In this document: piece by piece, positions 1 through 6,920 of the stretch
Layout: each line of letters starts with the position of its first letter
How positions within the stretch are numbered: the stretch's first letter is position 1
Source: Octopus sinensis
Lineage: Eukaryota
Length of the DNA: 8,842 nt
NCBI RefSeq assembly: GCF_006345805.1
Contig: NW_021828333.1
Coordinates: forward strand, 1-8,842
Direction of reading: 5' to 3'
Position numbers and translations under genes: made by a program
The notes under the pieces: generated by a model
The model's input: only the letters and a program-made list of their open reading frames with translations
Told to the model about the DNA's origin: nothing
Database searches by the model: none

Positions 1-86
1 ACCTTCAGGGACCAAATGATCCCCGGTTGAGGATCACTGATCTACACAAACTGGAAACTTCTCGTTCGTAGTCCATTCGGTTTCAT

Positions 87-104
87 AGAAATGAATGCGT
101 TTGA
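87..104 (+). repeat. Left target-site duplication of the dimeric SINE
   Basis: AGAAATGAATGCGTTTGA matches AGAGATGAATGTGTTTGA at 515-532 in 16/18 positions. Confidence 0.85.
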
Positions 105-514
105 AGACGGTGAATTGGCAGAAACGTTAGCACGCCGGCAAATGCTTAGGGTATTTCGTCTGCCGTTACGTTCTGAGTTCCAATTCCGCCGAGGTCGACT
201 TTGCCTTTCATCCTTTCGGGGTCGATAAATCAAGTACCAGTTACGCATTGGGGTCGATGTAATCGACTTAATCCGTTTGTCTGTCCTTGTTTGTCCCCTT
301 TGTTTAGCCCCTTGTGGGTAGTAAAGAAATAGGTATTTCGTCTGCCGCTGCGTTCTGAGTTCAAATTCCTCCGAGGTCGACTTTGCCTTTCATCCTTTCG
401 TGCCGATAAATTAAGTACCAGTTATGCACTGGGGTCGATGTTATTGACTTAATTCCTTTGTCTGTCCTTGTTTGTCCCCTCTATGTTTATCATCCTGTGG
501 GCAATAAAGAAATA
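105..514 (+). mobile_element. tRNA-derived SINE (family A), head plus tandemly duplicated ~182-bp body
   Basis: Pol III A-box-like TGGCAGAAACGTTAG (116-130) and B-box-like GAGTTCCAATTC (175-186). Body units 150-331 and 332-514 are about 89% identical by hand alignment. Flanked by near-identical 18-mers at 87-104 and 515-532. Further copies lie at 7843-8005 (+) and 4876-4985 (-). Resembles octopus tRNA-derived SINEs from memory; the family name is not resolved. Confidence 0.88.
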
Positions 515-532
515 AGAGATGAATGTGTTTGA
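515..532 (+). repeat. Right target-site duplication of the dimeric SINE
   Basis: 16/18 match to 87-104; begins immediately after the AAAGAAATA end of the second body unit. Confidence 0.85.
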
Positions 533-701
533 TACAAACCCTGAAGAAGGCCAACCTTATTGACTTTGAAATACGTGATTACCAGATGTTTCGAAGCTGA
601 TCATAGGCACTTCAGGCTAATCCTTTGCGCATATAAGAAGTCTTCCTTAGAGCCAGCAACAGAGGATATAAGTTTCTTGAATTCACAGCAAACCAGTCTT
701 T

Positions 702-1170
702 CGTCCATCCATCCTTTCATTTTCCCTACCCATTCGTAAGAGGGTGGCTGAGATAGAGTCATTATGTACCTTCTCCCTAAGGTCCTATCACAAGCAACTT
801 TCATTACATTATCTGCTTGGATTTCCAAGCGCGTCAAGCAGGGAGTATGAATATTATCCGTCCATCTCGTTCTTGATCAACCCCTGGATCTCATGCAGGC
901 TGGCTCGGCTCGAAGAATCTGTCTAGCGATTCCTTCCTTTGACATTCTAATTGCATGTCTATAGTACCGTAGCTGTGACCTCTCGCTGCGGAGAAACAGC
1001 GGCTCAATCTTGAACTACGTAGCATGTCGAAAACGTTACTCCTGAGGTCGTTCGGAAGAACCCCCATTTTGGCCGCTTGTATTCGCGGTCGTACTCTTTG
1101 GGTCATAACCAGATCTACTGAAACTCGTATTGAGTCATGGAAGCAAGACACATGAGCGTAGCAAGGAACC
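702..1170 (-). mobile_element. 5'-truncated, decayed RTE-clade LINE (Rex3/Expander-like), RT C-terminal region and 3' tail
   Basis: Stitching minus frames gives VMTQRVRPRIQAAKMG...KIEPLFLRSERSQLRYYRHAIRMSKEGIARQILRAEPACMRSRG*SRTRWTDNIHTPCLTRLEIQADNVMKVACDRTLGRRYIMTLSQPP. This parallels the recalled Rex3/Expander pattern VMTERTRSRIQAAEM...VEPLLLRIERSQLRWFGH..RM...RGRPRTRW...LLPPRP. It ends in GGATGGATGGACG (702-714). Frameshifts and stops are present, e.g. TGA at 877-879, probably from CGA. Confidence 0.85.
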
Positions 1171-1319
1171 TGAAATCAATACCGGAACATTGTATTTAAT
1201 AGTTACCTGGATAATCACAGTATTGCTCGAAGGTTTTCGACTCACTGCATTACATTTACGACATCCTGTCGCATTCGATTAAATCACAAATCGTCACTTG
1301 TCTCGTCCCTCCACACTTA

Positions 1320-1408
1320 TTGCGCGTATGTGCGTGTGTATATATGTGTGTGTGTGTACATACATACACAAACACACGCACACACTACACGCATATAGAT
1401 ATATATTA
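1320..1408. repeat. Compound (TG)/(TA)/(CA) microsatellite
   Basis: Direct inspection. Confidence 0.9.
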
Positions 1409-1539
1409 TTGGCCATTTATCTCCTTTAATGGCAGCAAGGCGAATTCGTGGGAAATTCCTTCATTTAACCTAGAAATCACCGCAGCACAATAATTACTCT
1501 CCTGGCAGACGATAGCCATTTGTTGATGTACGTTTCTTT

Positions 1540-1987
1540 ACATGTATATACATGCATACATACACATACACACACATACACACACTCACACACATTCATA
1601 CACACAGAAATACACACATACATGCACATATATGCAAATATATATATGTATATATATATATATAATATATACATACGCACAAGTATTTATGTGTGTGTAT
1701 GTGTGTTTGTGAGTTTACATAAATGTATATACATATATAAAATATAAATATATATATGTATACACACACACATAGATACACACAAGTATGTACATATATC
1801 TACATATATACATATCTGTATTATATATACAGATATATGTCTGTGCGTGTTTGTGTGTGTGTGTTTGTCTGTCAGTGTCTGTTTTTGTGTGCGTGTGCAT
1901 GCATATATAGGTATATACATACATATATTCAAATAGGTAAATAGATAGACAGACAGACAGACTGATAGATAGATAAATAGATAGATA

Positions 1988-2022
<35 letters not shown>

Positions 2023-2076
2023 TACACACATATATATAGGTACCTGCACCCATACCTATACATAATATATATATAT

Positions 2077-2133
<57 letters not shown>
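1540..2133. repeat. Compound microsatellite block: (CA), (TA), (TG), (AGAC), (AGAT) and long (TA)n
   Basis: Direct inspection; (AGAT)n at about 1965-2022 and (TA)n at about 2060-2133. Confidence 0.92.
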
Positions 2134-2136
<3 letters not shown>

Positions 2137-2190
2137 GGCGGTGCCCCAGCATGGCCACAGCTTGCGAGCTGAACTAGATAAATAAAAATA
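2137..2190 (+). mobile_element. Isolated SINE 3'-tail fragment related to family B
   Basis: GGCGGTGCCCCAGCATGGCCACAG matches the reverse complement of the 4467-4834 SINE tail (GGCGGTGCTCCAGCATGGTCGCAG) at 21/24 positions, followed by a hairpin and an A-rich end. Confidence 0.7.
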
Positions 2191-2380
2191 TATATAATAT
2201 ATAAATACATACACACACACACACACACACACATATACATACATATATATATATACACACACACACACATATACATATATATACATACATACATACATAC
2301 ATACATACATACATACATACATACATACATACATGCACACATATACACACACATGCATACCCTCACACACGCCTACGTAT
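2190..2380. repeat. Compound (CA)/(TA)/(TACA)n microsatellite
   Basis: Direct inspection; (TACA)n at about 2281-2333. Confidence 0.9.
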
Positions 2381-2546
2381 ATACTAATTAAAACAGTGTA
2401 ACAACCCTCCAACACAACGCAAGATATGATTTTACGCTATTGCAATACGACAATAAAGATCAGTTTACGGCATTTGCAGTTTGTATTTTATATATTTCTT
2501 TCTCTTTCTCTACATATTTAGTTACCAATACTTTATGAATAATTCT

Positions 2547-2566
2547 CCCCCCACCCCACCCCACCC
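2547..2566 (-). other. Canonical G-quadruplex motif (G3-T-G4-T-G4-T-G6); i-motif potential on the plus strand
   Basis: Plus strand reads CCCCCCACCCCACCCCACCC. Sequence motif only; folding in vivo is not shown. Confidence 0.6.
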
Positions 2567-2679
2567 GCTTCTCTTCCCTAGAATATATCGAAGCCACCTG
2601 ACGTGCTCTTTGGTGTCTTTGATGATATTCTCGAGAGAATCGCCTTAACTCATTTATAGGTGTTTCTCTACGATAGTAA

Positions 2680-2790
2680 TATGTCTATGTGTGTGTGTTC
2701 TTGTCATTTGCTATGCATGTGTGTGTGTTGCTCAGAATATATGTATGCGTGTGTGCTCAGCGTATATATGCATGTGTATATATATATAAT

Positions 2791-2822
<32 letters not shown>

Positions 2823-3102
2823 ATAATATACTAGATATACATATATATATATATATATAATATACTATATATACACTCATACATATATATATGTATGTAT
2901 ACATATATATATATATGTATGTATGTGTATGTAATATATATATATGTATATATGTATGTGTGTGTGTGTGTGTGTATAAGTATTATGTATATATTGTATA
3001 CATATATATATATGTATGTATGTGTATGTATATATATATATATGTATATATGTATGGTGTGTGTGTGTGTGTGTATAAGTATATATGTATATATGTATAT
3101 AC

Positions 3103-3134
<32 letters not shown>

Positions 3135-3350
3135 TTGTGTGTGTGTGTGCTTATGTATGTGTGTGTCTGTGCATATATATGTGTGGTATGTATATATATA
3201 TATTTGCGTACATATATATGTATATCAGCATTCATGCAGACGCATATACATATGCATACATACATATATAAATATATATATATAACATATATAAATATAT
3301 ATACACGCATATACGAATGTATGTATATGTATATATATATATATATTATA

Positions 3351-3396
<46 letters not shown>

Positions 3397-3485
3397 TTAT
3401 ATGTATATTGTGGTTGTGTACAATTATGTAAATAGATACACACATGCGCGCACACACACATACACACTTTATACACAAACACAGA
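2680..3485. repeat. Large compound (TA)/(TG)/(TATG)/(CA) microsatellite containing a 99-bp tandem duplication
   Basis: Direct inspection. GTATACAT at 2897 and 2996 and ATAAG at 2976 and 3075 both give a period of 99. Confidence 0.9.
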
Positions 3486-3759
3486 GGCCACATTATTTAA
3501 ATTGTTAGCAATCGATTCGAAATCGAACATTTCACAAATTTCTTTCAATCACACCTTGTCATCGATCACACATGTTCATCGATAGTTTGTTCTATTTGAT
3601 GCAGCCTTTTGTCCTTCGTGGGTTAATTTTGGCCTCAGGTAAGTTTATCCCGTCCTCAATCAGCCCCTCATTTACTTGATCGATCAGAAATAGCAACGAA
3701 GCTCTCCAATCACAGCACGGCGTCTTAAAATAAGCAAAGGATATAAATAAAAATGTAAT

Positions 3760-4430
3760 CCTATATTTGAGGACAGACGGGATGGTCACCGCTGGAACGC
3801 CCTTCGATCAGGGGTTGCTTTGCTTTTATCAAAATCAAACTATGAATCAACAACAAAGCTTTAGTGAGTTCTTCAGAGTTCTTGAGAGTCCACCGATCGG
3901 ACGTTTTTCGCTTATATACTTGCTTTAGATCAGACGTTTCGGAAAGGCGTTCCTCACCAATTCTGGCAATGTAACCATGCCATGGACGTTGAGCTTTCAG
4001 TAGGAGACTGGATGATAGACGACACTGTGTAGCTGTTGACCTCAGGGTCTCATATCTTGCTATGCAAAAGAATTTGCAAGATATTTTCTGTAAGCAACCC
4101 TGGCGGGTTATATTAAGCATTTTGGCTAGCCGTCTGTAAACATTCCATGTCTGATTGAGACACAACAAATATTGCTTAAGAATAGCGCTGTAGACCTTCA
4201 ACTTTGTTTGTGTACTGGAACCCTTCTTGACACAGAAGTTCTTTCAAAGTTTACCAAAAATGTGGTGCTGATTTTGGAAATTTCAGTGTTGGTCTCATCG
4301 TCGAAGAGGTCGATTCTTGAGATACTGCTATTTATGTGAACTCGTCAACAGTCAGCAGCGTCAGACACTTGACCGTGACTGCATGGTCTGATATAATCAT
4401 GCGTCGCCGGTTGAACATACTCTCATGTAG
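3760..4430 (-). mobile_element. Decayed RTE-clade LINE fragment (BovB-like), RT C-terminal/thumb region
   Basis: Stitched minus frames give TVDEFT*..SSISRIDLFDDETNTEISKISTTF/GKL*KNFCVKKGSSTQTKLKVYSAILKQYLLCLNQTWNVYRRLAKMLNITRQGCLQKI...LLLKAQRPWHGYIARIGEERL. This parallels the recalled RTE-BovB pattern VDKFTYLGSTLSR...DDEVNARIAKAS.AFGRL...TKLKVY.AVV...LLYGCETWT.YRR..K.L..F...CLRKI...LLKAQLRWAGHV.RM...R. Boundaries are approximate. Confidence 0.82.
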
Positions 4431-4466
4431 ACCTTAAAATATGATGTTGCTCCTTTATATATCACA

Positions 4467-4834
4467 TTCTTTTATTCTTTTACTTGTTCCAGTCATTTGA
4501 CTGCGACCATGCTGGAGCACCGCCTTTCATCGAGCAAATCGACCCCAGGACTTATTCTTTGTAAGCCTAGCACTTATTCTATCGGTTTCTTTCTGCCGAA
4601 CCGCTAAGTTACGGAAACGTAAACACACCAGCATCGGTTGCCAAGCGATGTTGTGGGGGACAAACACACACACACACACACATACACATATATATATATA
4701 TGTGTAAGACAGGCTTCTTTCAGTTTCCGTCTACCAAATCTACTCACAAGGCTTTAATTGGCTCAAGGCTATAGTAGAAGACACTTGCTCAAGGTGCCAC
4801 GCAGTAGGACTGAACCTGGAACCATGCGGTTGGT
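4467..4834 (-). mobile_element. tRNA-derived SINE (family B), 5'-truncated, with internal (TG)/(TA) microsatellite
   Basis: Minus strand shows a B-box-like GGTTCAGTCC near 4807-4816, an ACCTTGAGCAAGTG segment, a central microsatellite at about 4662-4702, a CTGGGGTCGAT module shared with family A, a 3' hairpin CAGTC-AAAT-GACTG, and a TAAAAGAATAAAAGAA tail. The A-box is missing. Confidence 0.82.
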
Positions 4835-4875
4835 TCAGTTACAAAGTCAACAGTTTTTGAGATGGAGATCCTTAG

Positions 4876-4985
4876 GCATCACTGCCAGTACTTAGCTGGT
4901 ACTTCTTTCTATTGACCCCGAAATGATGAAGAGCAAAATAGACATCGGCTGGATTAGATCTCAGAATATAAAGAGCCAAAAGAAA
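4876..4985 (-). mobile_element. Degenerate fragment of SINE family A
   Basis: CTGGTACTT...TTGACCCCGAAATGATGAAGAGCAAAATAGACATCGGCTGGATTAGATCTCAGAA is the reverse complement of the family-A body TTCTGAGTTCAAATTCCGCCGAGGTCGACTTTGCCTTTCATCCTTTCGGGGTCGATAAATTAAGTACCAG. Confidence 0.72.
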
Positions 4986-5039
4986 GACTGGAAGGTATTT
5001 TTGTCAGATCCCCTAACGTTTCTGCCGATTCGCTGCCCT

Positions 5040-5171
5040 ATACGCGCGCGTACACACACGCACACGTACACATGCACACACATCACACATCTGTACAAAC
5101 ATGTATAAATGTATGTATGTATGTATGTATGTATGTATGTATGTATGTATGTGAGTGTATATATATATATA
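5040..5171. repeat. Compound (CA)/(TATG)n/(TA) microsatellite
   Basis: Direct inspection. Confidence 0.88.
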
Positions 5172-5740
5172 TTGGGTTGTCCGGAAAGTTTATGCCGATT
5201 TTTAAAGGAAAGTAAAAGGTCAATAAATACTGGCCATTACATTTTTAATCAACCAAATATGAACCATTTTGTTGCACAATGCGTCGCCATCTTTCCTTTA
5301 ACTTGAAAATAACCTCTTCCCAGAATTGAGGTGGTTTCATGGCAAAGAATTCATCAAGGTATCTTTTTGCGTCATCCAAGGAATTGAAATTTTTACCATT
5401 AAGACTATTCTACAGAGAGCTGAATAAGTGGAAATCCGAAGGAACAATATCTGGTGAACATGGAGGGTGGGGTAACACATCCCAGCCAAGCTGCAGCAAT
5501 TTTTGTCTGGTTCCCAAAGCATCAAGTGCCGAAAATGAACTTTCTTATCTTCCATTCTAAAGGATTACAGAATTAACACAGGTAATAGGAACATAATCTT
5601 TGTTCCACGAAAAGATAGCTTAAACTGTGCTCTAAATGGACGTGTAGTCAAATCCTATTTTATGGACTCAATCATGTTTTAAAACAGTCGAAAGGTAAGC
5701 TAGCTACTATAAATTGGCACGAACTTTCCGGACAACCCTA
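5172..5740 (-). mobile_element. Internally deleted mariner (DD34D) DNA transposon, 569 bp
   Basis: 30-bp TIRs at 5172-5201 (TTGGGTTGTCCGGAAAGTTTATGCCGATTT) and 5711-5740 (rc TAGGGTTGTCCGGAAAGTTCGTGCCAATTT) match 26/30. TA TSD at 5170-5171 and 5741-5742. Transposase remnants lie inside. Confidence 0.95.
5245..5555 (-). pseudogene. Mariner transposase pseudogene (N-terminus fused out of frame to C-terminus)
   Basis: ATG at 5555 gives MEDKKVHFRHLMLW, like mellifera-type MENQKEHFRHILLF. A second frame gives LGTRQKLLQLGWDVLPHPPCSPDIVPSDFHLFSSL*NSLNGKNFNSLDDAKRYLDEFFAMKPPQFWEEVIFKLKERWRRIVQQNGSYLVD*, containing the YSPDLAPSD-type motif. Premature TAG at 5410-5412; natural stop at 5245-5247. Confidence 0.93.
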
Positions 5741-5974
5741 TATATATACGAAAGAAGGTTTGAAAATGCAATTTAAAAGATGTTTATTTACTTTACCGGT
5801 TTCACTCTTTGGAAAAAGATTGTCAAAAGTAACATGTAGAAGTTTGGTTGCGTTAATTATTGGTTGTTGCAAATTGCTACATTACATATATACAGTCTTT
5901 GGTGACAGGGACATGTTAAGGACATCAAAAAGTTCAACAAGTTCCTTAAAATATTGGGCACAACCCCACAACTC

Positions 5975-5981
5975 CACTTTG

Positions 5982-6034
<53 letters not shown>
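5975..6034. repeat. (TA)n followed by (CA)n microsatellite
   Basis: Direct inspection. Confidence 0.92.
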
Positions 6035-6036
<2 letters not shown>

Positions 6037-6247
6037 GGGTGCGGGCAAAATTATCTGGCACATCTGTAGGTTTAATAAATGTTTATGGACAATACCAGCA
6101 AACATTTGACTGATGTAATTTTTAAAACGAATTGAAACAAAATGGTATTATACGTACGCTTGGAAAATAAAAGCATTTTTTCATTCTTTTCTCTATTTCG
6201 ATTTTATTATACCTACAATGTGTCAGATCATTTTGCCCCCCCCCCTG
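6035..6247. mobile_element. Tc1/mariner-type MITE, 213 bp
   Basis: Left TIR CAGGGTGCGGGCAAAATTATCTGGCACA (6035-6062); right TIR rc CAGGGGGGGGGGCAAAATGATCTGACACA (6219-6247). TA follows at 6248-6249; the left flank is CA inside a (CA)n run. AT-rich non-coding interior. Confidence 0.82.
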
Positions 6248-6254
6248 TACATAT

Positions 6255-6550
6255 TATATATACATACTATATAATATATTATTCTATATCTATATATATA
6301 TATATATATATAGAGATATATATGAAAGCAAACACGCAGGCGAAGACAGACAGACAGACAGATAGATTGATAGACTATAAAATATGTTTATACACATTGA
6401 TGCACAGAGGCGCACACACACATAACACACGTACACACACACACACATACACATGCTCACGCGCGCGCGCGCACACACACACACACACACACATGCACAC
6501 GCATGTACAGACAAAGAGAGATGGAACGAGAGAGAGAGCGACAGAGAGAT
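6255..6550. repeat. Compound (TA)/(AGAC)/(AGAT)/(CA)/(CG)/(GA) microsatellite
   Basis: Direct inspection. Confidence 0.88.
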
Positions 6551-6589
6551 AACTATTCTGATGCGTTATTAAACAAGAGATAGACAGAC

Positions 6590-6837
6590 AAGTTGAAGAC
6601 AGTTCCCTATAAAGAATCCACCATCTGTTGCCGAAAGCTCTTTATGCTGTCTATGTAACGTAAAAACATGTAGAATCTTTGATCCGGCTACGATGAAATG
6701 AAGAGCAAAACCGATAGCTAATCGAATTTTCTCTGCCAAAATCGGTGCCACATCCATTATTTGAAGAATTCCTAATCTAATAGTGGATTTTTCCGGCACT
6801 AAAACATAAGGACTTTCTCTGGCAAATGGCAAATGGC
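6590..6837 (-). CDS. Candidate internal exon encoding the start of a type-1 periplasmic-binding (LIVBP/ANF_receptor) domain, most like an ionotropic glutamate receptor amino-terminal domain
   Basis: Acceptor CTTATATTTCTTAATTATCAG| at 6838-6858. Open frame HLPFARESPYVLVPEKSTIRLGILQIMDVAPILAEKIRLAIGFALHFIVAGSKILHVFTLHRQHKELSATDGGFFIGNCLQL aligns by eye to the kainate-receptor ATD start ([61 protein letters not shown]). There is no strong donor, so the 3' end is uncertain (weak GT after 6601 or 6590). Confidence 0.5.
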
Positions 6838-6920
6838 CTGATAATTAAGAAATATAAGATTTAGCTTCGTCAATTAACGATTCTTTTTTCTTTTTTTTTT
6901 CTATTTATATATTTTAACTG

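Noticed and set aside
106-190. tRNA gene
   Set aside because: A- and B-box-like motifs are present, but there is no cloverleaf and the sequence continues into a multi-copy SINE body.
42-248. 68-aa minus ORF
   Set aside because: Mostly the antisense of the SINE head and body.
150-514. CRISPR-like array
   Set aside because: Only two long contiguous units with no unique spacers, in a eukaryotic context with no cas genes.
578-623. Second hammerhead-like motif on the minus strand (CTGAAG-TG...CGAAACAT)
   Set aside because: A9 is missing, stem II does not pair beyond the closing base pair, and stem III/cleavage-site spacing is wrong.
601-1151. ORFs 601-837, 744-926 and 891-1151 as host genes
   Set aside because: The minus ORFs are pieces of the decayed Rex3-like RT and the plus ORF is their antisense.
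2582-2659. Possible plus-strand exon after CTTCTCTTCCCTAG (NISKPPDVLFGVFDDILERIALTHL)
   Set aside because: All three frames hit a stop at or before the weak GTGTTT donor, and there is no recognisable homology.
1477-3548. Many overlapping ORFs rich in YI/CV/HT dipeptides
   Set aside because: Translations of (TA)n, (TG)n, (CA)n and tetranucleotide repeats, which lack stop codons in several frames.
3592-3789. 65-aa minus ORF as a continuation of the BovB-like RT
   Set aside because: No convincing RTE C-terminal motifs; it probably overlaps a different degenerate repeat that I cannot define from the window alone.
5339-5560. 73-aa plus ORF
   Set aside because: Antisense shadow of the mariner transposase remnant.
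5760-6113. 117-aa plus and 82-aa minus ORFs
   Set aside because: They run through (TA)n and into the MITE; no recognisable domain or splice support.
6678-6716. Weak resemblance (GATGAAATGAAGAGCAAAA) to SINE family A on the minus strand
   Set aside because: The match is short and not colinear beyond about 15 bp; the surrounding frame is better explained as coding, though this slightly lowers confidence in the exon call.
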